The translations under genes and the position numbers were made by a program. A model generated the notes under the pieces. It saw only the letters and a program-made list of their open reading frames with translations, did not search any database and was not told the origin of the DNA. Shown here piece after piece: positions 25,811 through 39,037 of a DNA stretch of 64,000 nucleotides (positions are counted from its first letter, which is position 1; each line of letters begins with the position of its first letter). Origin of the DNA: Octopus vulgaris (taxonomy: Eukaryota); the NCBI GenBank assembly GCA_951406725.2, contig OX597822.1:56544001-56608000 (forward strand). The letters run 5' to 3'.

Positions 25811-27464
25811 CGGGTTGTTTACTTGGTCCAAGTGATACAAGTTGAAAGGACTTTCAGGCCGAAGGATCGACCCGATGTAACAGACGTTGTGAATGTTTGG
25901 TTTGTTATCCTTTGTTTTCTACATGCACCCATCAATTTCAATCTCAACAAAAAGAAAAAAAGAAAAAAATTCATCCTTTTGGCTACACATACAAAAACAC
26001 CATCTGTTTTAAAAGGGTTAAGAATCATAGAGTCTGTTTCCTGGTTCCTCTGGTGTAAATATTCCTTCCTGGGCGGGACGCCGGTCCTTCGCAGGATTAC
26101 TCATTTTTGCCAACTGAGTGAACTGGTGCAACACGAAATGAAGAGTTTTACTCAAGAACATAACGCATCGCGCGGTTCAGGAATCGAAACCACAATCTTA
26201 AGATAAAGAGTCCAACATCCTAACCACTGAAAAATGCTCCTCCACTCATTTTTGGTGTTGATTACTTATTTTTCTTAGCGATATTACTAATGAGATTTCC
26301 GTAAATCGAAGCTTTTTTTCCAAACTCAGATCCTTCTATTTTTATTTAATGTTATGCCGTTCTTAATTCATCAATGTTTCGAAGGTAATGTTTTGTGGTC
26401 ATGGGGATTTATTTATTTATTTATTTATTTATTCATTTATTTATCTGTTCTTGTTAGATGCGTGTCTCTTCTCAAGGGCTAGTTTCAGAAATGAAATAAT
26501 CTTGAACGGTTTCGTTGAGAATATCTTTCAAATTGCACAAGCATGGCTGTGTGTTAAGGAAGCACACTTTCTAACCATGTGCTTTCAGTCCTTTTACATA
26601 TAACCTTTGTCAAGTGTCCCCGGGTTGACCAATGCCTTGAGAGTAAACTTAGTTGACAGAAGATGAGTGGGAGCCCGTCGTACATTTATACGTACGCATG
26701 TATGTGTGTGTGCGTGTGTGTGTGTGTTTGTGATTGTGTTTGTGATTGTGTTTGTATCTACACCATTGCTTGACAATCGATTCTCCCATCGACAATGTAG
26801 AGGCAAAAAGTGGAAGGGTGGAAAAGCAGAAAAAAATAAGAAAGAAAATTGGAGTGATGTACGCTTTGACAGTAAAGTCATAATTAAGCTAGCCAGAATC
26901 AAACATAATTAAAGAAGAATGATTCAACGGAAACTGTTCAAAGACTGCGAGACAGCTGCTCAGTTCACCAAAAGAAATTTGTCCGAATGTTTGCATTTGC
27001 TGAAAAATTTCGTGCGGTGGAATTATTAGATTCGAAAAGAATATGCGATCTTTCAGCTTCGCATTATTGGCATCTCTTAGATCCATTAACATATGGCATG
27101 GATTTCTCCAAGATTCTAAGGTTTCCTAAACTTCATTTATCTGGATTAGATAAGATGACATGTCAACCAAAAGTATCAGTGTATCATTCTAAACAATACG
27201 GTAAAAATAACAAACAAGACATATGTGCTTCGTGCAACACATAAGACAGAAGCAATTCTAAATGTGTTCAATGCAATAATAGCTCTGGAGAGGACACCAT
27301 TTCTAGTACTTCGATTTGGTGCTCTAATAAGAACATATCTATTTACCCTACAAAGACATAATGAAACCAGTTTCCGTACTAAGACAGCACGCCTCCCTTT
27401 CAAGCACTACTATATCAGTTCACATTATATATTACACATATAATGCATACACACACACACACCT

Positions 27465-27531
<67 letters not shown>

Positions 27532-27534
<3 letters not shown>

Positions 27535-27855
27535 GGTAAAGACAGCCTTCAGTCATAAATGACCATGGGATTGCACCTAGGAAGTTACCTTCGAGGCATA
27601 AGTCCGGGCAAGGTTGTTGCCCATGCATACCAGCTTCCCCTCTCCACGCCACCGATATTATCCAAGGGAAAGGCAAAGGCTGATACACCTTGGTACCAGT
27701 GACGTCGCAACTCATTTCTACAATTGAGTACACTGGTGCAACGTGACATAAAGTGTCTTGCTCAAGAACACAACACACGGCCAGATCCGTGAATGGATCT
27801 CTCTACTGCATGACTGTGAGTTCGACGCTCTAACCACTGAGCAATGAGGTTTCAC
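27532..27855 (-). mobile_element. tRNA-derived SINE (third family; partial + copy at ~46975-47220)
   Basis: The reverse complement has ctcagtggttagagcg, gtgttgtgttcttgagcaagacacttt and a shared tail ending ...aggtgcaatcccatggtc. Confidence 0.75.
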
Positions 27856-27860
27856 ACGTA

Positions 27861-29341
27861 CACTGGCCAAAATATATTTAAGACCGATGATGATAGTTCT
27901 GTTCCTTCATTAATTTATTTTTAACAAAACTGTATAAAATTATTTTACTTTTTACAGTTTATGTAGAATTTTTTTCTTCTTTCGAATCACAAAGGCGTTA
28001 TGTATCGTTCTACAATTTGAATAATTTTAATGCGCAATTAATTCAAATGATTAAAAATTATCAGCAAAATAAATTTGAGCCCGTACCAACATTATTTTGT
28101 TTAAATTGAAAATTTACACAAACGATCAACAAATAAAAATTTATTATTAGCACCTAGTTCCATAGCCATTATTTTCAATTAGAGTTTTACCACGGTATGA
28201 CATGGAGTTCGGCAAATTAGCACAAAATTCATTTGGAATGTTTTACCATATTTCTTTAATAAAATTATATAATTTGGACAAATTTGTTGATGTTTTTTGC
28301 ATGAACTCGTTTAGAAACTTAATTCCATAAATTTTCGGTAGGATTCAAATCCAGGCTCTGTGGATACCGCTCAATAACCACCATATTATTGCGCTCAAAA
28401 TATAGCAAAACTTTCCTTACCTTATGAACGGGGCAATTGTCCTGTTGGAAAATAGATCCCGGCGGAATCTGATTATTTAAATATGGCACCACCTCCCGCT
28501 TGCACCGTTTTCTTGATACACTTAAGATGGAATTCTTCTGTTGGACGGCGTCTAACATAAATCTTTCATCTGATCTAAAGATGCAGAAGCGAGATTCTCC
28601 AAAGAACTTTTGACCAGTCCTCGGCCGTCCATTCAATATGGCTTTCAGCAAACTTGATCCGCTTCCGCCAACTCGGCTTCTTTTGAGCGATCTAGGCGAA
28701 CAGTCCAAATTCTTTTAGACGGTTTCTGACTGTTTGTGGTGTAAAGCTGATATCAGTTTCATCAGATAACTGCTGTTAGCATTCGGTTACCTTCAGAGAG
28801 CCTATGAATTCGCCGATCCATCTGTACTGTTGTTTTTCTCGGAGCGCTCGTTCTTTGTCGAAATATGTATTGGCCAGTGGTTTGGTAAAGCTTCTATGCT
28901 TGAACACAAACCCCTTTGCTGCATCCTAATTTCTTGCTAATATTCATGAAGGACACATTTTGCTGATGAAGCAACACGACCATTGATATTACGACACTTT
29001 CCATAGCAAATTAATGTGTAACAATGCTCGATTATTAAACAAAACAGTGCAGTACGACCAGCCATATGACCACCTATTTGGTTTAATCTTGGTACAGTCT
29101 TAAACAAAATAACGTTGGTAGGTCTTAAACTAATTTTGCCGATACTTTTTAATCAATTGAATTAATTGCGCATTAAAATTGTTCAAATTGTAGAAAGATA
29201 TAAAAAGACTATATCATTGGAAGGTAAAAAAAATTCAACAGGAACTGCAAAATGTAAAATAATTTTATACAGTTTTGTTAAAAGTAAATTAATGAAAGAA
29301 TAGAACTGTCATCTTCAGTCTTAAACTTATTTTGGCCAGTG
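27861..29341 (-). mobile_element. Tc1-family transposon with long TIRs; degenerate, internally deleted transposase
   Basis: Ends TA-cactggccaaaatatatttaagac... and ...gtcttaaacttatttttggccagtg-TA. Peptides ESRFCIF, FQQDNCPVH, PQSLDLNPTENLW. Confidence 0.9.
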
Positions 29342-30215
29342 TAGGCATCGCTGTGTGATAAGAAGCTTGCTTGCCAACTACATGGTTCTGGGATCAGTCC
29401 CACTGCGTGGCACACCTTGGGAGAGTGTCATCTACTAAAGCTCCGGCCCTACCAAAGCATTGTGAGTGGATTTGGTAGGTGGAAACTGAAAGAAGCTCGT
29501 CGTATATATATATATATATATAAGTTAGGAAAAAGAAAGATGACCGATGATCAAATGCGAACAATGAGAGAGGAAAGGAGGAAGAGTGAGGGAGAGAGAG
29601 GGACAGACAGAGAAGAGTGAAGGGGAGAAGAAAAGAATTAGAGAAAGGATAAGAGAGAAAAAAAGGAAAGGGGAGAAGGGAAGATAAAAAGAATTAGAGA
29701 TAAGGAAGAGAGAGGAAACGAAAGAGAAACAGAATAGAAGTGTCGCATCAAATTTATTAAGGTAAAACTTCCTTGGAAATGGATGCGTGACGTTCAAAAA
29801 CATAATAACATAAATAATATAATTATATATGTACGCATATAAACATACATATATGTACATACTTACATATATATGTATATACATACGCATATTGTTGTTT
29901 TTCCTCCATTTTCTTATCGTCTATAAATAAAAATATACATATATATAATATAAGATTATATATAAAAAATAATTTATATTTACACATATTTGTTGGATGG
30001 CTGTTGACTACTCATGAGTTCCTCCGCCCTTTGAAGGGTCTTAGTCTTCATCCTGCAGGGTGTCCAACAGTCACCCTCCTCACCAAGCAAGCCTGGTAGG
30101 GTTACCTGTTTAGCCGTCGACGATCCGACCATGCAACAGGTTTACGGATTACTTGTTAAAAGTAGAACTCAAGAGCGACATATGTATATACATGTCTGTG
30201 TGTGCGTTTGTGTGT

Positions 30216-30304
<89 letters not shown>

Positions 30305-30341
30305 CAGATAGACAGATAGATAGATAGATAGATATCCATAA

Positions 30342-30372
<31 letters not shown>

Positions 30373-30421
30373 TAAATATATATATATATCTGTAAATGTA
30401 ATATGTGACAATTATTCGGTA

Positions 30422-30490
30422 GCCATGATAAAACCCCAGTTTCAGATGTCGGGGTGGAAATCCACGCCACCATCTCTTCAGTTATCTGGC
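30422..30490 (-). ncRNA. Type I hammerhead-like motif in a Penelope-like repeat
   Basis: Reverse complement: GCCAGAUAA-CUGAAGA-GAUG...CAUC-U-GAAAC-UGGG-GUU-UUAUCAUGGC. One extra nucleotide before GAAA. Confidence 0.55.
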
Positions 30491-30582
30491 CATCGGAAAA
30501 ACTGCCTACACTCATTCCTTACTTACCACATATCCTTGCCACATCTTACATTTACAGATAAATTCCTCTATTTACATAATAT

Positions 30583-31542
30583 CGTGCATCAACTTTAACT
30601 AGAGGACCAACACCAAAGCTAATGAATGCCGCCCACACCATCACAACCCGACCACCCGCTTGCGCCGTCTTTTTCACGCATTTCGGGTGGAATTCCTCGG
30701 TTGGGCGACACCTGATGTATGTTTTACCATCCGATCCAAATATACAGAAGCGTGACTCGTCACTCCAAAGGACCCTGCACCAATCTTCGGCAGTCCATTG
30801 AGCATGGATTTTTGCAAAATTAAGGCGTTTGAGTCGATTTCTTTCAGATATTATTGGCTTTTTCCTAGCGATTCGTCCATGAAGTCCAAATTCTCTTAAA
30901 CGGTTGCGGACGGATTGTGGTGTAAAAATTACACCATTCTCGCCGGACAATTGTTTACAAATGTCAACGGTAGTCAGCATTCGGTTGCCTTCCGAAAGTC
31001 GGTCGATTCGACAGTCCAATTGCACCGTCGTTTTTCTTGGGGCGCCAGTCCTTTGCCGATCTTTATATTGACCATTCTCCGAGTATAACGTCCACGCTTG
31101 CACGCAAGCCGTTTTACTGCACTTTAGTTGCATGCTGATGTTCGAAAAGGAAACCTTTTGCTGGTGAAGTAATAGGATTTTTGCTCTCGTGACTGGACTG
31201 ATGCTACGTTTTTTTCCCGTTATTAATCAATTGTAAATTACGTTAAATTTTAACACTATATAGTGCAGTTAGGCTAGTTGTGTAACCACCCATTTTGGCA
31301 AAATAATTTGCATACATTTTACATGGTCTTAAACAAATTTTGTCGGTAAATTTGAAACGTTTATATTAATTTTGCATTAGAATTCTTCAAGTTGTATACA
31401 AATAGTTATTGTCTGCATCATTCGAAAGAGAAATAAATTCTGCATAAGGTGTAAACGATAAAAATAATTTGTATGGTGTTAGTAACAAAATATTTTGTAA
31501 GAAATAGAACTTTTATCATCGGTCTTAAATATATTTTCGCCA

Positions 31543-31548
<6 letters not shown>
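30583..31548 (-). mobile_element. Tc1-family transposon, 5' half (related to 27861-29341)
   Basis: ORF 30552..31133: GAPRKTT, RIARKKP, LWSDESRF, VMVWAAF. One TIR at ~31330-31548. Confidence 0.88.
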
Positions 31549-31591
<43 letters not shown>

Positions 31592-31594
<3 letters not shown>

Positions 31595-33189
31595 TGCGGC
31601 CAAAATGTTCAGAACGGCATTGTTTTCGTCAGAAAAGTAGATATAATTTTTTATCAAAGTTGTTTTATATTCTATAATTTTCACAGACAACAAATATAAT
31701 ATCAATTGTTATTGCCTGAGATTTTGGTGTAATCTGAGAGGATAATACAAAAGTTATGGATGATTTAGTGATTTACTGCAAAACCCATGGCGGCCAAAAT
31801 GATCAGAACGGTTGAAAAAAATAACAAAATAATCAAAAATGACAGAGAATACTGGAATTATTTAATATTTAGTGTGAAGCCCTTTAGCTTCAATCACACT
31901 CTGACATCTTCGACTACATGAGGAAATTAAATTTTCAATTTCTTACTGGGTGATCTTATTCCATTCTCCATGAAGGGCATTCCATAATTGCTCAGTTGTT
32001 TTAGGATTTCTGGCTTTCGAACGTTCTCTTAGAATATTCCACACATTTTCAATAGGATCGAGATCTGGGCTTTGAGCTGGCCAATCCATAACAATAACCT
32101 TTTCAGCCTTGAGGAAGTTCATGACCACCTTAGCCTTGTGGCACGGGGCATTGTCCTGCATGAATATGGGTGGTCGCTTAGTTGAATTTCTCAGCACAGG
32201 CAAGACATGATCTTTTACAAGTTGTTTATAAATTCCTGCATTTAACTTTCCATGTAATTGCACCAAAGGGCCCACACCATCTCCAGATATCATTCCCCAA
32301 ACCATGACACTTCCTCCATCGAATTTAACACTAGTCTTAAGGCATTTAGGCAACAATTTTTCCCATCTGAGCCAAATAGCATAAACTTAGATTCATCACT
32401 GAAATGCACCGTTTGCCATTTTTCTTGAGACCACAACACATGTTCGGTTGCAAAGGTAAGACGACACCTTTTATTCTTGGAGCTGATCAGTGGCTTCACT
32501 GCAGGTGTTCTTGCTTGTAGGTCATGTTCAACTAAACGACGAGACACAGTTTTTCGAGATAAAGTTTTCTTCAATACAATGCTCATTTTCCGAGAAGCAG
32601 CAGCAGCAGTTTTAAATCTGTCCTTTTTAACCAACTTTGCCATATCACGATCTTCTCTCTTTGTCGTTTTTCTTGGCCTACCTGTAAACTTTCTTGCTTC
32701 ACACGAACCACAATCATCGTAGACCTTAAGAATACCGTGTACAACACTTCTTGACTTGTTAACAATCTTTGCAACAGATCCAATACTTAAATTATCCTTC
32801 CTTCGAAGCTTAATAATCTGCTGACAAATTGGTAACGGAGTAAGTGGCATTATATTAACAAAGTACACTGCAAATATTCTTACTAATGTTTAGTAAACGA
32901 ACCGTCACGTAAACAAATTCAAAACATTAGAGTTCGCCGGTTAAATATATTAAAACACGGAGTAAAAGCAACCGCTCTGATCATTTTGACCGCCATGGGT
33001 TTTGCAGTAAACCACTAAATCATCCATAACTTTTGTATTATCCTCTCAAATTACACCAAAATCTCAGGCAATAACATATAATATCGTATTTATTGTCTGT
33101 GAAAATTATAGAATATAAAACAACTTTGATAAAAAATTATATCTACTTTTCTGACGAAAACAATGCCGTTCTCAACAATTTGGCCGCAA

Positions 33190-33190
<1 letters not shown>
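31592..33190 (-). mobile_element. Near full-length Tc1 (DD34E) with IR/DR-type ~220-bp TIRs, inserted in (TA)n
   Basis: TIRs at 31592-~31812 and ~32970-33190, each with an outer and inner repeat gcggccaaaatg(t/a)tcagaacgg. ORFs 32290..32868 and 31943..32356: GRPRKTT, FSDESKF, MQDNAPCH, SPDLDPIENVW. Confidence 0.95.
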
Positions 33191-33245
<55 letters not shown>

Positions 33246-33300
33246 GGAGTAAACACATAAATGTGAAACAAGGTGGAAAAAAGAGTACTCAAATACCAGT

Positions 33301-33349
<49 letters not shown>

Positions 33350-33426
33350 TGGTAAAACGGTAAGATAACAAAAGAAAGAAAGAGACCTCAATATTATGTA
33401 AATAGAGGAAATTTATCTATAAAATA

Positions 33427-33632
33427 ATATGTTACATTACACGATAGTCAAGATAAGTGGGAATAAGTGGGATAAGTGGGATAAGTGGGATAAGTGGGAA
33501 TCCATGACGCCATCTCTTCGGTTATCTGGCTATTTGCAAATAGCCAGATAACCGAAGAGATGGTGTCATGGATTCCCACTTCGGCATCTGAAACTCAGAG
33601 TTTTATCTTGACTATCGTGTAATGTAACATAT
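33427..33632. repeat. Fold-back palindrome centred on tttgcaaa (33536/33537)
   Basis: Arms are reverse-complementary. Part of the left arm is replaced by (gataagtggg)n. Confidence 0.9.
33545..33609 (+). ncRNA. Hammerhead-like motif (U4C core variant)
   Basis: GAUAA-CCGAAGA-GAUG...CAUC-U-GAAAC-UCAGA-GUU-UUAUC. Confidence 0.45.
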
Positions 33633-33637
33633 ATATA

Positions 33638-33693
<56 letters not shown>

Positions 33694-34328
33694 AATAGTG
33701 ATTGTTTCTTATTAGGAACAAGAGGGTTAATAGGACTGCAAGAGAAGTGCTCAAGCAAATGAGACGAGTATAACAAACTTTGGTTGTAGAACCAGCAACA
33801 AATTTAAGGTCATCCACTTAATATATCATATCTCGAACATTTAATCAAATACCTAATACTTTTTAGCACCACTTAATCGATGAACTTTTATCTATATCTT
33901 ATGTATATATGTGTTTCTTATATATGCGTATTTTTATATTTTTTATATATTCATTATTCTAGGTTTCATAATGTAAAAACATTTTCTAGACGCTTAAGTA
34001 TTCATTAAATTTTTTTTTATATTGCGACAAACTGTACTCCCTTTTTTCGATTTGCTTGTAGAAATGAAATATTGTTTAATCTTCTGTGATTTTGTGCATC
34101 CGTATTCTATGTATAAGAAAAAGCAATATGTTTCTTTATATGTGATCAAAGTGATATGTTAAATGGATGACCTTAAATTTGTTGTTTGTTCTACAACCAA
34201 AGTTTATTATGTATATATATACACACCCACAAATATATATATATATATATTTGTAAAAACCGTAAGATAACAAAAGAAAGAAAGAGACCTCAAAGTTATG
34301 TAAATAGAGGAAATTTATCTGTAAAATA

Positions 34329-34497
34329 ATATGTGACAATTATTCAATAGCCAAGATAAAACTCTGAGTTTCGGATGCCGAAGTGGAAATCCACAACAGC
34401 ATCTCTTAACCATCTCAGATAACCGAAGAGATGGTGTTGTAGATTTCCACTTCGGCATCCGAAACTCAGAGTTTTATCTTGGCTATTGAATAATTGT

Positions 34498-34504
<7 letters not shown>
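34329..34504. repeat. Fold-back palindrome of the same repeat family (arms ~80 bp)
   Basis: atatgtgacaattattcaatagccaagataaaactctgag...ctcagagttttatcttggctattgaataattgtcacatat. Confidence 0.9.
34417..34479 (+). ncRNA. Hammerhead-like motif (U4C core variant)
   Basis: GAUAA-CCGAAGA-GAUG...CAUC-C-GAAAC-UCAGA-GUU-UUAUC. Confidence 0.45.
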
Positions 34505-34582
<78 letters not shown>

Positions 34583-34989
34583 ATAGTAATATCGAGAACT
34601 TTTGGATGGACATTTTTAATAGTCAGAAATCTAATGCAACTTTTACCTGAGGAAGAGAACACGTGTATTAAGATTCCATGTAAATCCATGGATTTTGCAA
34701 ATCATATTTGTAAAATCCTATGGACGGGGAATACAACAACTAAAGGATAAAGCTTGTGGCAACATATGTAGCATGCATTAGAGGATTTATGAATTTCCAC
34801 CCAAAAGTTGTTGTTGTTGTTATTATATTCACCCGAAGCTATGACGACATTAGATTAATAACCTTCGCATAAATTTGTTCGGGAAGAAGGGAACAATAAA
34901 CTGTAGCCGAAACAAATAGCATAGGAGTTTTTATGAGCCCATTCAAAGCGTTTAACATAAACCGAACTTAAAGGATATACATATGATAG

Positions 34990-35115
<126 letters not shown>

Positions 35116-35116
35116 A

Positions 35117-35159
<43 letters not shown>

Positions 35160-35179
35160 ACACACACACATATATACAT

Positions 35180-35343
35180 GTTGCAGGAGTGGCTGTGTGG
35201 TAAGTGGCTTGCTTACCAACGACATGGTTCTGGGTTCAGCCCTACTGCGTGGAATCTTCGGCAAATGTCTTCTAATATAGCCTCAGGCCGACCAAGCCTT
35301 GCGAGTGGATATGGTAGACGGAAACTGAAAGAAGCCCATCGTA

Positions 35344-35427
<84 letters not shown>

Positions 35428-35665
35428 TGTGTGTGTTCGTGTGTGTGTGCGTGTGTGTGTGCGTGTGTGTGTGCGTGTGTGTGTGTTTGTCTCCCCAACA
35501 TCGCTTGACAACCGACGTTGGTGTTTTTACGTCCCCGTAACTTAGCGGTTCGGCAAAAGAGACCAATAGAATAAGTATTAGGATTACTGGGGTCGATTTG
35601 CTCGACTAATGGTGGTGTTCCAGCATGGCCGCAGTCAAATGACTGAAACAAGTAAAAGAGTAAAA
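35180..35665 (+). mobile_element. tRNA-derived SINE with internal (TA)n(TG)n
   Basis: gcaggagtggctgtgtggtaag head and ...gactgaaacaagtaaaagagtaaaagа-type tail. Confidence 0.85.
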
Positions 35666-35852
35666 GATATATATACACACACACTTATGCACACACACAC
35701 ATTCATACATGTCGACATAAATGTAATATTTTGGACCAATGGGCGTATGTTAATAAGTGTGGTGATGTGTTCAGTTGACCTATATTTCCGTTGGATCTCC
35801 TTAAGGAATTCCGCAGTGTTAGCTGAGATATTAATAGATTAAGGATACAGAA

Positions 35853-36262
35853 GTTGGATTTGGTATTGGTCATTATTTTGTACGACGATCCTTTCAACTC
35901 ATCCTGCTACTGTCTCTTATGGGTGGCAATCCGTGCATAATGTTGTGTTGTATCCATTTTGCAGTTTGGATCACATCAGGTACATTCATTCATAGAGTGC
36001 TGTTTCGTTAAAGATCTTGAGTTTGGGCGGTCATGTTTTTATTTGCCCGCTCATTCCCTCACTGGAGCGGGCAAATATAAACATGACCACCCAAACTCAA
36101 GATCTTTTGAAAGACACCACCTTACGTATGAATGTACATGATGTGTCCCTGACTGCAAAATGTATATTACACAATATGATGCATAGAATGACACCCATGA
36201 CGGATAGTAGCAGGATGGGTCGAAATGATAATTGTACAAAACAAACATCAATACCAAATCCA
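35853..36262. repeat. ~410-bp imperfect hairpin (foldback/MITE-like)
   Basis: Inner arms aaagatcttgagtttgggcggtcatgtttttatttgcccgctc / gagcgggcaaatataaacatgaccacccaaactcaagatcttt. Outer arms tggatttggtattg / caataccaaatcca. Confidence 0.85.
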
Positions 36263-36789
36263 TCTTGTGGATAGCTGTCCAAAAACGTAGTCAGTACCGT
36301 GGTAGGAATTAATAATATATTTTATTTTCAAGATCAAGAGTCAGTCTAATTTGAGTTTCACCTGTAGCTGCACACAATCTTCAGGCAAGTTATGTTTGCA
36401 TGTATGTATGTATGTATGTATGTATGTATGTATGTATGTATGTATGTATGTATGTATGTATGTATGTATGCATGTATGTATGTTTGTATGTTACTATTCA
36501 GTTTATTTCAAGATTTCTTGCCAACAGAGAAAGAAGCGGTTTCTAACCTAGATCCAAGATTCCTTCATTGGAATTTCAACATCAACAACAGGGTATTTTG
36601 TTTGTATGTGTGTGTATGTATGTATGTGTGTGTATGTATGTATGTATGTATGTATGTATGTATGTATGTATGTATGTATGTATGTATGTATGTATGTATG
36701 TATGTATGTATGCATGTGCAGATTTGTATGTTTTATGTATGTATTGTTATGCATATAGTTACATAATTAGACATGCTCATATATATTAA

Positions 36790-38365
36790 AATGATAAACT
36801 TCTGAAAATTTTTAACAGTTCCAGAGCTGGATTGGATCTATAGTCTTCGAATTAACTTTCTCCTTTCTGGTTTTGAGAAGCTTAATTTCTCAAGATTGGT
36901 TACATATCCCAGGGCCCTAATAATTACAGGTATAAACCTGAACTTGTAATATGGATAGAGTAACTGCAGATTTCGCAATAGATCAGCATAGGTGTTCTAT
37001 TTTTCACTGATCTACACAGTTTTATGTTAACATCCGTTGGGCAGCTAATTGCCACAACTGAGCACATTTTCCCTTCTCTATCCCAAATCATTATATCTGG
37101 TCTGTTGTGCTTACATTTTATTGACGTCTTCACTGGGACATTACACCAATATTCCTTTTTCTTATGAGTGGCTATGGCTTCTATTATTGTGGGTTTTCAT
37201 TTCTTTGTCCTCGGATTTCATTATAGAGTGTCCTAGCTGCAACGTCATGTCTCAATGGTAGATAATACCGTGATGACATTTTCGGACAACTGCTTATGAT
37301 GTGGGTGATATCTTCAGTGCGGACTCTACAAATTCTGCATCGGCTGTCACATTTTACGGCTTTTCCCGCATCTCTATCCCTTTTGTGCATCAGGTACTTG
37401 ATTGCTATCTCCTGTTCTGGATTGCAAATGCATACCCTTCAAAGTGGGATGTAGTAATCCGGCTATTCGTCTATGAGAAACTGGTTCGATGATCAATGTT
37501 ACTATCATCATAGGGCTTTCTACTTCATAGTCTTCTGCTCATATAGCCTCATCCTTTCATCTAATCATATGTTGCGGTAGAGCCGTGCGACTTCTTTGGA
37601 CATGTATTCTAGGTTATTAGAGACAGACTGTTGCTCAAAGAGCTGCCTTCCAACTCTAGTGATGCTATCAACGTCGTATATGCAAACTTGGTCAAAGGGA
37701 TGCACTTCGACATTTGGTGGTTAAAAGATGTTGTTGAAGGGATATGATGCGACATTCAAAGGCATTTTCGATCGATGTTAAGCCTCTGCTGCTTTCTTTA
37801 CGTTTCAGGTAGAGGCGGTCTACATAACTGTTATGTTGAAATTATGTATGCTTGTTAGTATTTTTCGGGTTTTCACATCAATGGCTCAGATCTCATCAAG
37901 CATCCAATCAAGCAGCTCAAATGTTGCTATGAGTACTGGCACTACAAACACATTGTGGGCCACTGTTTTATTGAATACAGAGAGTTCTGAGGTCCAAATT
38001 TTCTTTATTCGGCAGTAATATTCTTTAGTGATACGTGTCTTGCTACAGGAGCCATTGTAAGATATATTTTCATCCAGACCTAGAGACCTGTAACATTCCT
38101 CGTCAGATACAGGGGAATCAGTCAAATTATTGATGGAGATGTTACTGATCTAATTCATAGTTTTCCTTTTCACAACCATACAATAACATTCACAACCATA
38201 CAATAACTCCAACCCTACATCCTTTGAGAATATTGTAACTGGGTCAAGACTCTTTTTCATCTCATGCATATTCTTTGCTTAAAGTTTTAAGTCATCCACA
38301 AAGAAACAGTGTGTAGTTTAGGTATTTCTATTTCCTTGTGGACCAGAGAAATATCCTTCAGACTT
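36790..38365 (-). mobile_element. Degenerate RLE-type (R4/Dong-like) non-LTR retrotransposon, 3' half
   Basis: RT motif FVDDLK, then RIKKIWTSELS, CRICRVRTEDITHIISSC..Y..RHD and endonuclease HNRPDIMIWD..AISCP. Confidence 0.85.
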
Positions 38366-39037
38366 CCTTAACATAAATGACAAGGGGTTACAGAAAATAT
38401 AAAGACCACAGAGAGGCCGTGTCTTTGGAATATGCCTCTGCGATATTGTATTCTGTCGGATATAATACAGTCACTCTTTGTGTTTAATTTCAAGATGGTG
38501 GCCCACGATGAAGTCAGGTCTGTTATGGCTTTCGCTCTTTTCACTGGAACTTTAGTAAGTTGAAGAGCTTCTAGTATCCATGAGTGGGGGTATGTATGTA
38601 TGTATGTATGTATGTATGTATGTATGTATGTATGTGTTATGTATGTATGTATGTGTGTGTGTGTGCGTATGTGTTTGTGTGTTCGAGTGAAGTGTGTGTG
38701 TATGTGTGTGTGTGTGTGTGTGTTTGTGTGTATGTGTGTTTGCACGTATATGCTGAAAATGATGCTCTAAAATTATATTATATAATATCAATTAGTGTGC
38801 TAACAGTTCATTGTTTAGTAAAAATTTCCATCTTAGGAAAATCATTAGCTCGGCTTGCGCTGAGATAATCAGTTCCTTTAATCATATTCACTAAACATGT
38901 CTTCACAATGACACAGTGTGACGTTCGATAAGTAGTACAAAATTTACCTACTTTGCACAGATTCAACTAAGTTTTTTTCAAAAACTTTTTTTTCTTCTTT
39001 CTTTCAGAATTTCATCAGCAGTTGAGCTATTAATATC

